Assembly (NCBI RefSeq): GCF_008831285.2
Contig: NC_045138.2
Span: 34,596,001 to 34,660,000, forward strand
Reading direction: 5' to 3'
DNA length: 64,000 nt
Source of the DNA: Nymphaea colorata
Lineage: Eukaryota
Under the pieces are notes generated by a model, which was not told where the DNA came from, did no database searches, and saw only the letters and a program-made list of their open reading frames with translations. Made by a program: the position numbers and the translations under genes. Within the stretch, counting starts at the first letter, position 1; the number at the start of each line of letters is the position of its first letter. Below, piece by piece: positions 25,701-37,947 of this stretch.

Positions 25701-25950
25701 TTCTTTTGTGTCATGAAATTCTTCTATTTGAATCATAATCTAAAATATTTCGCTTGTTCTGACCTTGTGGTTTTTTTTTGGTTGTTTTTTTGTTGTGGGG
25801 GGTGGGGGGGTGTTGGTGATGGGGGTTATGGCATCTGTGTTTCCAGATGATGCTGTGAAAGATAATCTTGTACAGAAGCGCTTGTGGAAGAGATCCAACA
25901 TGGAAAGCTACCTTGCAGAATTGAGGAGGGAAGGGAGGAGAAAAAGGTAG
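19418..25950 (+). CDS. ERDJ7: ER membrane J-domain co-chaperone ERdj7 (DNAJC25-like)
   Basis: Exons 19418-19524, 19613-19675, 19795-19861, 20079-20138, 20692-20742, 20861-20941, 21668-21780, 24721-24838, 24979-25105, 25847-25950; all GT-AG with consistent phases. Signal peptide, IYCDEDDCYDLLG, HPD motif, TM segments, C-terminus LAELRREGRRKR. Confidence 0.93.
22658..22710. repeat. (CA)n microsatellite in ERDJ7 intron 7
   Basis: Pure CA run. Confidence 0.95.
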
Positions 25951-26068
25951 CAGGCTAGCAGCGGGGCCAACTTTCCATCTCAGTATTTTAACTGAAGTTT
26001 CCTGCATTCATTGCTTCACCGACCTCCTGGAGCAATGAAGGAGGCCTTGTATTTCCTTTATAACTTGA

Positions 26069-26447
26069 CGGGCTGATTAATTTTACTTTCTATGTATACC
26101 TGGCTAATGCAAATTAGGATGGTTTAAGCAGATAATTGGAAGACCATATGAGGTTCTCATGAAGAGGGGAAGTCTTTGATCTATTCATTTTTCATGTGGT
26201 TAAATTTTATTTGTAGATGCCAGTCATGCTACACTTAATTTCCAATTGCTACACTTTTGTCGGGCTGATTAATTTTACTTTCTATGGATAACTGGTTAAT
26301 GCAAATTAGGATGGTTTAAGCAGAGGAATAGAAAACCATATGAGGTTCTCATGAAGAGGGAAGTCTTTGATATATTCATTTCTCATGCGGTTAACTTTTA
26401 TTTGTAGATGCCAGTCATGCTGCACTTACCTTCGAGTTACTACACTT
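26069..26447. repeat. Tandem duplication, period ~192 bp, just downstream of the ERDJ7 stop
   Basis: cgggctgattaattttactttctatg at 26069 and 26261; the copies stay colinear through ttttatttgtagatgccagtcatgct. Confidence 0.92.
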
Positions 26448-27592
26448 ACCAAGTGAAGTCTTTACTCTGTGCTTCGTAGGTCGTACTTTGATCCATTCAT
26501 TCTCTGTCAATACTAAAAGCCATTTATTTGCAGATGTTAAGCGTCGCAATAATGAAATCCTAATCCAACGTCTAAATTTTCTGTCCGGAATCGGTGGAAA
26601 TGGACTTGCTTTACCTCAGTCGAGCATAATTGAGAAATTATAAGAAAACGCCTAAGCGGCCTGGCCCTATCGAAACATGGGCTTTTGTATGACATGCACA
26701 ATTCGACCGATCTATTCATATGTTAGTCGTTTTTTTTTTTAAGAACGTAACAGACGAATGCCCCGTCCTGATGTTTGATCCAACGACGGTATAAGTACGC
26801 CAATTGCAAATATGGAACGCCAACTGTTTGAGATTAGTCGCTCGCAGATGAGCCTTTCTGAAAATTGAAGTACATAATTTTATGGTCAAACCTCTATTTT
26901 AGTACTTCAGCTACTTGAGAACCAGTAATACCACAAAGGTTGGGAAGTGTTGCCGCTTCAGGCGTCGGCCCTGAACCCATGATTTCTATTGCATTTCTTG
27001 GGCTCGATGAAGTTGCTAGAAAAGAGCCCTCCCCATGGACACACTGGGAGGGTAGGGTAGCAAAGTAAAAATGATACTATAAGCATTTGGTGACTTTAGT
27101 TTAACCATCAAAAGTACAAATAATGAATGATGATACAACAAGATAATTCCGGTTGGGAGGAAAAGAAAAGAAAAGAAAAGAAGACAATCCCTACTCATCT
27201 TCGCGTGAGGAATGAGGCAAACAAACATTTTCTCACGAGCCCTTCCAGAGGAACAGGCAGGAGCTGATTGCTCGCTTGTGTGAAACAATGTCACCCAACC
27301 TGGTAAAGACATCTCCTTCTTGCAGTCAAAACCCAGACTTCGGCCGAAGGTGGCACCTGCGGCGGATCAGGTCCTAAACTGGATAAGATCCAGATTGGAT
27401 CCGAAGCGGCAGACCTAGCGAAGGAGGCGGGCAGGCCGCCGCTGGGCTCCCGAGTCCGACGTGAGCGCGAGGCTCGCTCCGTACAGTTTACTCTCCACAA
27501 TGTCCACCTGAAGGTGGGGAGAACCTCAAGACCAATCAGGGACGACAGAAATCGGGAAGTGCGGTGCAATACTGCCGTCTTCGTGATCTTCT

Positions 27593-30493
27593 ATGGCTAA
27601 GCTTGTTCCTCGATCGGGAGATGCCGTGTTCGCGAGCGTTGAGCGCGTGGTAGTTCGCCCTATTTTTTCTCTCTCCAGTCGGGCAATGGTGTTTTGTTAG
27701 CTTCTTTCAACTCCCTAATGTTCCGCTCATTTTTCTCTCTTTGTCGTTCCTTTGGCATTCGATTTTGCGGCTGGGAAAGAATGCGGAGTTGTTCACTCTC
27801 ACATACGGAGCGATCGTGCGACAGCTCCTCACTAATCTCGAAGAGACGGAGGAGGTCAACAAGCAACTCGATCAGATGTATGCGTCCCCTTCTTGTTTCT
27901 CTTTTCTTGGCCTTGTTATTTTAGATCTCTATTTATATGCTGTTATTTGTTCGCACGTTTTGAGATCATCATGGTGCTAGTCAATTACGACTGTAGATGT
28001 TAAATTTAGCGGAACAGGCCTTTCATGATCCAATGATTTAACGGCTTTTTTAAGAGAGTTCGAAAGAGGTATAAAGTAACACGAGCTCCATGACAGCGTT
28101 CTGTCTGATATTTCCCCGTCTCTGTGGTCAGTGGATACAGTTTCAAAGTTCTTTATAGCGGATTCTGTTTGTTACACCTTTTAACTTCAGGGCGCGGGTT
28201 GTTTTACGAACTCTGAAACCTGGAGCTACAATTGTTAGTTGCCGTAGCGTTGATACCTGGATGACGGCTTAGGCGAGCCCTGACTGGTCTGGGATTTTTT
28301 GGCATAGGAACGGAAAAAATTGGTTCTTTTTTTAGGCTGTTTCCGTTGGTTCTCTTTACCTATGCGCTTTATAGCACAAATACCACCAATCGTAGATATA
28401 TCATCGAATGTTGAACTTTTAATGGGCGAAAATTCTGGCCTTCCAAACGATTAGTTTCTGAGGACCTACCATCTTTTTGAACCGTGAACATGATCAGTAA
28501 CAAAATATATGGTGTGAATGTTAAGACGACGAATTCGTTTGTAGTTTCAGCAAAAAGGAGGGTGTTATCTGGATGAATGGTCCCAAATCTGGATGAATGC
28601 ATGGGACCTCACTGCTAGGTACGAAGAGTGAACGGCGAGAAACGTGGAAATTAACAGAAGCAGCGGCTAGTCGGCATTCCACAAAGAGATTAACTTCTCT
28701 TCCTCTTTTTTCTGGTTATTATAAGTTTCAGATACTGATATTTTAGTAATTCCTTTTCTTCTTTGACCCTTCTTTAGTTCCAGAAATAACTCCTACGAAA
28801 CTTCTCACTCAAACTTGCTTGATATTGTGTGATGAGACCTGGACAATGGATCATTACACTAAAAGGCTTCTGTTGTTTCACAAATTTGTCCTTTTCTATG
28901 AATGTTTGTGAAAAATGTTTATGCGTGCATATTTGTCTGTCTATGCATACAGTGTGAGTTTCAGAAATCTTCTAGCTTGTGTTTTCCTGGCCATTGGAAA
29001 ACTTGCAGTTTTCAGTTTTTTTCCCAAAAATGCAAAAAGTTTTAGGCAATAATAAATGCATCAACACATTGAAAATTAACTACTAAACCCATTAATCATA
29101 TAAAATTGAAAATTCTTACTCTGTGTGACCTACAGGAAGAAAATGTTTCATGAACTTTTGATGATAAATCATTTAGGTGATGCACTAGCTGGGTAATATG
29201 GAATATGAATATAATTTTAGGGTTTGGTTCAGCTGTTTTCAGATTTACATTATTGGCTTTCAACTTGTTCCAATGTTCATGTGAATTTTGTCATGATACC
29301 TTTTTCAATCACAACATAAAGTTTTCCAGTTCAGTATCTTTCTGGCTAAATATGCATTACTTGGGCTGAAGATCCTGAATCCATATGATTGACAAAACAT
29401 AAGGTTTAATCCGTATTCATTTCAGAAAACTTGAAGGTAGTGTTTGATGGCTGGAAATATATTTCTTGAAAAAATGGAATGAGAAAAATCTTTCTTATTT
29501 CCAATTTTGATGTGTGTGTGATGACTGAGAAACAAATTTCCAGAAATTTATTTCTTAGTTTGATGAAATAGAAATATATTTCTAGGTTTAGGAAAAAGAG
29601 GAAGGAAGGGAAGGAGGGAGGAGGAAGAAGGGAAGGAGGGAGGAGCACCAAATTCCTCCCCATCCCTTCTTCCTCATCCCTTCTTCCCCCCCACCCACCC
29701 CCCGACCTTCTTCCTCACCGTCCCTTCTTCCTCCTCCCTCCTTCCCTTCTTCCTCCCAATCCCTTCTTCCTCCTCCCTCCCTCCTCCTCCCCGTCCCTTC
29801 TTCCTCCTCCTTCCTCCCCACCCCGTCCCTTCTCCCTCCTCCCTCCTTCCCTTCTTCCCCCACCCCACCCTCCCTCCTTCCCTTCTTCCTCCTTCTCCCT
29901 GCTTCCTCCTCCCTTCTTCCTCCTCCCTGCTCCCTCCTTCCTCCCCGTCCCTTCTTCCTCCTTCTCCCTGCTTCCTCCTCCCTTCTTCCTCCTCCCTCCT
30001 TCCCTTCTTCCTCTTCCCTCCTCCTCCCTCCTTCCTCCCTGTCCCTTCTTCCTCCCCAATGGTAAAAAAAATAAACCGGAAAAATATTTCCGGCTTTCAG
30101 CTGGAATAATATTTCCGGCTCTCAGCTGGAATAATATTTCCGGAATTTTTTTTCCGTTTTCAGCCCCAACGGTAAAAAAAAAATTCCTGTTTGATGAAAC
30201 TGAAAAAATTTTGAAATTTTGAAATAAATTTCCTATGCTACAGTAAAATTCCAGCCTATCAAACGCTACCTACGGTTCTTTATGTCTGATTTTGGTCTCC
30301 AAGTAGCCACTCCCCAACAATGGAAGCTGGTCGTGAGTCTAATGCTTAAGACGCCTCTTTATTGATTCAAGTTACATCATTGGCACCTATGTCACATGGG
30401 TACGGGTACGAGTATTGGTGCGGGTACGGGTACGAACCACTTTAAAAAAACTTGGGTGCGGGGTACGGCCGTACACACACACACACGCACACG

Positions 30494-30540
<47 letters not shown>

Positions 30541-33500
30541 AAAAATATATATTCAGACCGGTATAACATATTCACACACATATATGTATAAGATCCAACT
30601 CATTTGGTGCTCTTATCTAAAAATATATCTGAGATCTGGTTTTTAGACAATGATGCTTGAGTTTTAGGCCAAGATTGGATCTATTGCTAAAATCTGAAGT
30701 TGCCTTAATATGACTTCATTTAGATAGCATGCTCCGATCTGTTCTGTGTTTGTGAGTCTGACTCTTATTAGATCCAGAACTCAATCCATTAAAATCTGAG
30801 TTCTAATTACTTATATCCAAAGACCCATTTGGGGGCGGTGGGCAAAAGACCCGAATCTCTCTTGAAAACCCTAACTCTTCTCTCCCTTTCCCTCTTTCTT
30901 TTTCGAAGAGTAGCAGCAGCAGACCCGGCGGCAGCAAGATGCCCTAGCTCTTCCGTTCCTTTCCCTCTTTCTTTCTTGGAGAGTAACAATGGCAGACCGG
31001 CCGCGGCAAGATGCCTTAGCTCTTCCCTCCCTTTCCCTCTTTCTTTCTCGAAGAGTAGCAGCGGCAGACCGGCGGCGGCAAGATGGGGCGAGTGATGGAA
31101 AACAACGACGATGGAAGGCGCAGCCAAGAAAAGCACCGTCTGTCGGCCACGCACGACCACCGTGTTTCAGAAACTCGACATAAATGGAGAAAACGATTAA
31201 AAAAAAGCTAATACCATCGCCAGACACCACTTGCCTTCGCCGTTGCCTGCCGTTCGTCGGGTGAAGATGGAAGTGGAACGACAGAAATGAAACGTAAAAG
31301 GTAGGGTTCGAACAAATTAACGTTAAATTCATTCTTTAAAAGTTAAAATGGAAAAAACGTTTTAATTAAAATCGGACAACTATAGACCCGGTCAACTTTG
31401 ACCGATTCTGAAAACGGTCGAAAATGACCGTGGGTGCGTTGACCGCACCCGGTACGGTCAACGCCGCATTCCCCCGTACCCACGAACGTACCCGTACCGG
31501 TGTCGTACCGGTACCGTGCGGGTACTCCTCCTTAAGAGGAGTACCTGTGTGACATAGATTGGCACCAATGTTATAAAAGGCGTAGCGTATCGCGTATCGG
31601 TCGGGCCGACCTATACGCCGTATCGCAAATGTAGCGTAGCGTATCGTAAAATTAATTTTTTAATTTTAAAAAATATTTAAAAATCAGAAAAAATAGAGAA
31701 AAATCATTAAAAATCTGAAAAAATGAACGAAAAATCAGAAATCAAGAAAAATGTATTCAAATATACAAAAGATCATCATACATAAAGAACATTCATGTGT
31801 ATCAACAACACATTCAAAAATAAGAAATTAGATATTCAAAATAACATAATAAGCATCCATCACAATTTTAAACTTGAAAATTTTATAAAATTTTACGACT
31901 TGGAGTCTTAGGACTTGGAGTTTTAGGACTTAGATTACATCACAATTTTATAAGTTCAAAATATATAGTTATCATCTTTCATGATTTAACAATAATATCT
32001 CCCAAATCAATGAATCCTTGGTTATTTTTGATGAAAATGTGCAAAATCTCTCCCTCCTACATCTCTTGGAGTCTTTAAATACAAGAAGAGAGAGAGAGAG
32101 AGAGAAGTGTTTAAACTTTAAAAAATAAAAAAATTTGTGTTTTAACCCGTATACGCGTACGATACGCACATGTATCGCGTATCGAAGATGTATCGTATAG
32201 GTTTCTTTGACCTATACGATACGTATCGTACGATACAGATAACATTGATAGGCACCATGTTAAGGGTAGAACCATATTCATTTTCAGAAGATTCTTTATT
32301 TCTTTTTATGTGGGATTTTGGTCTCACAAGTCACGGTAGCCACTCCCCAACAATGGGTTCTCGTTGTTAGTCTAAATGCTTAAGATGCTGCTTTTATTCA
32401 AGGTCAATGATTTGAACTAAATGTGACTCTGCCATTAGCTAGATTGTTTGCTGTAATTTTTACCACCTTTTACACTTTGAGTTTGTGCAAATCAATATTT
32501 TGGCTGTTTTGATGAAATTGTTTATGGTATTTGGCTTTTCTTGGTAGTACTGGGCACCCCTTCCATAATCAGTAGATTCCTCTCTTTAAACTCTTTCTGG
32601 GTCCTCATTGACCTAATTATATTGACAAAAATATTGCATCTTATGCAGGGGATATAATATTGGAGTTCGTCTTATTGATGAATTCTTAGCAAAATCAAAT
32701 GTTTCTAGATGTGTTGACTTCAAGGAGACAGCTGAAGTAATTGCAAAGGTAATATGGGAGGAAGTAGAAACCTGTTCACTGTTTTGTCTAAGTAGCTTGA
32801 CATTGTGATTATTATTATATTCTGTAAGTCTATTTGCAACAAACAATTTATGGCCATGCAAATGTGTTCCTCTGATACTATTTTACTTGTTTATCATTTT
32901 CTTCTCTCTTCAATTGTGTTGTTAAAACAAGCCTTGCCATCACGTTTTTCTTTTTTTAATCCCTTTAAAAGGCAAGAGAAAATGTGAATTATGCAAGTTT
33001 CTGTCATATTTTATTTCATTTCTTTTTCTTTTGCTTTTCTCTTTGATCTTTTCTTTAATAGATGGTTTTGAAAAGATATCTTATATGCTGTTTTACTTGT
33101 CCACATTCATATTGTTGTCTGTTACAAATAAATATGACTCCAAGGTTCAAGTATCTAACAGTCAGCTGTAATTTTGTGTTTATACTATGGCTTTTGATGT
33201 TTGTTTTGTTCATATGGCATTGATTTCATTTGAAACTTGAAAGGTAAACAGGACACTGAGAACTTGGGTGGAAGTGCTTACTGGTCAATATGAACCGTCA
33301 GTTATCATGTTAATTTGTTAGTACTTTATCTGACAACATATAGCTACCAAAAAAATTATTCGAAGCTGCTTCAAACTCACCAACTCTAATTATCTATGAC
33401 TTCTTGCACCAACTCTATATTGTGTTACTCATACATCATTCTCCAAGTCTCATGTACCAACTCTTGCAATGACATGCAATATTTATATACATTGTCCACC

Positions 33501-35864
33501 TCTAATTGCTCATGACTTCAAACATTGGAACATGAAATTCTTCTCTCAAGTGCTTGTTCCACCATTTATGTTCTTTCTGAATAAAAATTGGGTGAAGGAG
33601 GTAATCACAATTTGTTTTCCTCCCTTTCTACCTTAGTACCATTGTTGTACTACTTTCTGCCTTTCATGCCTTTCGTGGTTTTGGTTTTCCCTTTAAGAAT
33701 TAATGGTGTCTTCATAATTCATATTGTCAAACAGGTAGGCTTTAAAATGTTTTTGGGGGTGACTGCAACTGTTACTAATTGGGATGCTGAAGGAACAAGT
33801 TGCAGTCTTGTTCTTGAAGACAATCCTTTGGTAGATTTTGTGGAGCTTCCAGATACCTGCCAAGGCCTGTACTATTGTAATATCTTGAGTGGAGTTATCC
33901 GAGGAGCACTGGAAATGGTAAGCTGTGCAACTTGTTCTTCTTTGTATGTTTTATTCACAGCTAATTTTATTCCAAGGTATTGACATGCATTTATGAGTCC
34001 ATGTTTGAAGCTGATTTGGTATGTGACACAATGGTCTGCTCTCTGTCTTGATATTGCATGTACTTCTGCCTGTTGTAGGTTGTTACTTGGTAAAGGGGTT
34101 TTCCCTTTTTAGCACTACTGTGAAATTGTTTGGGAGGAGCATGCAGAAAGACTTGGATAAAACACAGAGTGATTAGAACATGCATGAGGTGCTAAAGGAT
34201 GATATATGTTGGTGTAAGATCTTGCATTATTAAGTTGTAGTATACTACTTTCTGCCTGCCATTTGTTTTTGTTTGTAAAGAAACCTCTTGGTCCAGCAGT
34301 TATCATCACTAGATGGATGTGTAGTGCTTTTTTTTCTGATTCCTGAAGAAAGCATTTTCTTTCTCCTAAATGAGAGGACTTCATGGTTATTGGGTTGGCT
34401 CATTCTCTTGTTTAATTTTCCCTTCCTTTTCTGGGTTTATCATGCTGTTGACAGATGCTGTACTGTAAAAATCAGCAAGTCATTTTCCTCAGATATTCCT
34501 GATAATTGTTAAAGTTTTGGTTGAGAACATTAGAAAATATAATTTCTCCTAGAGTCCTGAAGCTTTTTGAATGACACTGAGGCTAGGAAAACATTATGAC
34601 AAAGTATTATCCTTTTAGTATTGCTTGTTTCATTGAAATATTTTCATCAGAAGAATGCCAGGGACACAATTGCAGAATACATATCCATGCAGCTCAGATG
34701 GTCATGGTCTTTCATCCATCATTCAGCTTCTTTGTGATCTGTATCCTCCAATATAGATTATAGACTAGCATGATAAACAATGTGGTTTGTTTGCCTTGGA
34801 AAAAAGGTGAGGTATTTGCCTATCACCAACATGCTCATGTGGCCCATCACTTTGTTGCTAGGTACTGGGCTCTGGTTCATGGATCAAGAGTCGCTCCTTG
34901 TGAGTGGCCCAACCAGAATAACAGTTTGGGCATTTCAGAAAATCTAACTGGCTATATGTGTGTGTATGTACCGTGGAGTGTGAGAAAGAGATACATGTTT
35001 AACCAGTGGTACTCTGAGATCGGTTTTACAACGTTAACATTTTTCACTCGTTTTTCCTGACTCTACGTTATAGATGCGATCTTTACCTTGAAATGATAAA
35101 ATTATTAATCTATAAAAGCATAATCTTTCTAAAATGTGTAGATAAAATTTTATAAAATTTAAAAAGCAACGTCTGAATTTTTTCTCTTGTACTCATGTGG
35201 CATGTTCAAGCGACATGGTTTTAATGTCTTAACATGCAAATCAAATTTGCGCAGTTCTTTTCCGGATGAGATGAAGGGAATGGCAAATTAAGTCCCAAAA
35301 TGGGATTGGCTTAACACCCCCACCCCCTTACACACAAATGTGTAGATAAGATTTTATAAACTTTAAAAATCAACGTCTGATTTTTTTCTCTTGTACTCAT
35401 CTGGCATGTTCAAGCGACATGATCTTAATGTCTTAACATGCAAATCAAATTTGCGCAGATCTTTTCCGGACGAGATGAAGGGAATGGCAAATTAAGTCCC
35501 AAAATGGGATTGGCTTAACACCCCCACCCCCTTACACACATATATCATTGTCAGATTGTTGCCATTTTCTTATAAAAGAATATTAAAAATGGAAATATCG
35601 TGGCTTTTATCCTTTTTTTTAGAACCAACGGTTTTTAATATGTTTAGTTTTAAGTGGTTTGTTTGAAACAGCAGTAGAAATTGCTAGTTGTTTTAATCTT
35701 TGTTAATATTTTACAGCAAAATGAGTGAAAACTGGAGTTCATAAGTTTCTATTATTTGTTAATATTTTTAATTTTTTTAGTTCATGGGATTTTCCCAAGG
35801 AAAAGTAGACTTCCTGATTAATGCTTGTGAAGGCCCTGCATATGGAAACCTGAGACCAATGTTT

Positions 35865-35910
<46 letters not shown>

Positions 35911-37149
35911 CATAGAATTTGGATCAGGATTAGAACATATTAGATCATTTGGAAGCAGTGCTACTTGTTTATAAGTCCTATATGATGTATTAGATGAGAT
36001 GGCTAGATGCAAGGTCCCACTATCATAACCAAGGGGTCTGAAGTCCAAATCTTTTAGGGGCTAACACCGAAAATTTCTCTAATGGAATGAGAAAGAAAAA
36101 TATTTCAAATACTAGATTTTGACCACCTGAAATTAATATTCCCTCTGATACTGGATAGTTTGCGCGTTTGATCTTAAAACCAATGTTATAAAAGGCGTAG
36201 CGTATCGCGTATCGGTCGGGCTGACCTATACGCTGTATCATAACGTATCGTAAACGTAGCGTAGCGTATCGTAAAATTAATTTTTTAATTTTAAAAAATA
36301 TTTAAAAATCAGAAAAAATAGAAAAAATTTATTAAAAATCTGAAAAAATAAACAAAAAATAAGAAATCAAGAAAAATATATTCAAATATAAAAAAGATCA
36401 TCATACATAAGGAACATTCATGTGTGTCAACAACGCATGCAAAAATTAGAAATTAGATATTCAAAATAACATAATAAGCATCCATCACAATTTTAAACTT
36501 GAAAATTTTATAGAATCTTAAGACTTAGAGTCTTAGGACTTTGAGTTTTAGGACTTATATTACATCACAATTTTATAAGTTCAAAACATATAGTTATCAA
36601 CTTATCATCTTTCATGATTTAACGATAATATTTTCCAAATCGATGAATCCTTGGTTATTTTTTATGAAAATGTGCAAAATCTCTCCCTCCTACGTCTCTT
36701 GGAGTCTTTAAATACAAGAAGAGAGAGAGGGAGGAGTGTTTAAACTTTAAAAAATAAAAATTTTTGTGTTTTAACCCGTATCGTACGATACGGGGTGTAT
36801 CGCCCGTATCGTACGATACGGCCCCGTATCGCACGTATCGTGCGATACGTGTACGATACAGACGCGTATCGTCTTTAAACAGCGTATCGTATAGGTTTTC
36901 TTGACCTATACGATACGTATCGTACGATACGCGTCCGTATCGTACGATACGGATAACATTGCTTAAAACTACTTCAAACTATGTTATTCTTGGGGTTGTT
37001 TATAAATGTGAACTTTGTTGTTACAGGTATCAATGAAAACTGAAGTCTCGTGGGTTCGAGATATGCTGCGGGGAGATGATGCATATGAAATCAGAGTCAA
37101 ACTTCTGAAGCAAGTTCCAGAGGAATATCCATACAAAGATGATGAATAG
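27593..37149 (+). CDS. BET3: TRAPP complex subunit 3 (BET3)
   Basis: Exons 27593-27649, 27780-27877, 32649-32748, 33735-33917, 37027-37149. Protein includes [55 protein letters not shown] and EEYPYKDDE. Confidence 0.96.
29436..30270. mobile_element. Non-autonomous TIR element (PIF/Harbinger-like) containing a ~400-bp polypyrimidine tract
   Basis: TIRs ggtagtgtttgatggctggaa / ttccagcctatcaaacgctacc. Flanks gaa/tac are at best a decayed TAA target, so the superfamily is tentative. Confidence 0.6.
30387..31557. mobile_element. Non-autonomous hAT element A
   Basis: TIRs ctatgtcacatgggtac / gtacctgtgtgacatag; perfect 8-bp TSD attggcac (30379-30386, 31558-31565); subterminal gggtac repeats; internal ~70-bp triple repeat at ~30883-31087. 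Confidence 0.9.
31566..32247. mobile_element. Non-autonomous hAT element B, copy 1
   Basis: TIRs caatgttat / ataacattg; TSD attggcac / ataggcac (32248-32255); cgtatcg/cgatacg subterminal repeats; homologous to 36181-36961. Confidence 0.9.
35132..35540. repeat. Tandem duplication, period ~204 bp, in BET3 intron 4
   Basis: aaatgtgtagataa...ccccttacacaca at 35132 and 35336, nearly identical. Confidence 0.93.
36181..36961. mobile_element. Non-autonomous hAT element B, copy 2
   Basis: TIRs caatgttat / ataacattg; perfect 8-bp TSD cttaaaac (36173-36180, 36962-36969). Confidence 0.93.
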
Positions 37150-37916
37150 CTCTGCATACTGCAGGTGCTTGTTTTTTTCATGTTTTTGCAGTGATTCAAA
37201 TTCTATGTTTCTTTAGTTTGAGATTGAACAAAAAACGCCATCTAGGATGATATGATGACTATCTTAAAGTTATCTTTTCTGTATTTTACAAGGGCCACGT
37301 TTACTGTCAGCATTGAAAATCGCTTCAGAATGTGATAAGAATTCTTATGTTGAATTCCTTCTAAAGGATAAAATTGTATTTAGGTATCAGCAAATTCCTG
37401 TATAATTTTACCTTTTCTTTGTGGGCAGGCACTGTGCTTTTTTGATGTGAACTGCAGACCAAAAAACCAAATAGCTGTACTTACTCTTGCTTTCATCTTT
37501 ATCAGTATGCCTTTAAAGCATCCTTGTTTCGACAGGAACTGTGGCATACTGCCAAGTGTAACTTACTGGTCAAACCTGTCTCATGGAAATTGTAGGCATA
37601 CCATTTTATAGGCAGCCATCGAAGAGATTTATTACAGGTGTGGATGGTCATGAATTCTGAAGGACAGTGTCCTCTAATACAAGTAGACAAATTGTAAGGT
37701 TGTATCTGCTTGGCGATTGTGTTTCCTTTGTTGATCCAGTCATGTTCAAGCTTTTTGCTTTGATCATTCACAGATTGGAGCAAGTAATTTCTATCTGATG
37801 TATTTCTGCCTGCCGAGGGATGTTCATAAGTGGTCTGGCATGGCTTGCATCAAAGGCAGATGCAACCACGAGCTTTTTTTACCTTCACATCAAAGCTTTT
37901 TTTTCTCCTCTCCTCC

Positions 37917-37947
<31 letters not shown>

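Noticed and set aside
29588..30059. G/E/R/K-rich ORFs
   Set aside because: Artefacts of the stop-free low-complexity purine strand.
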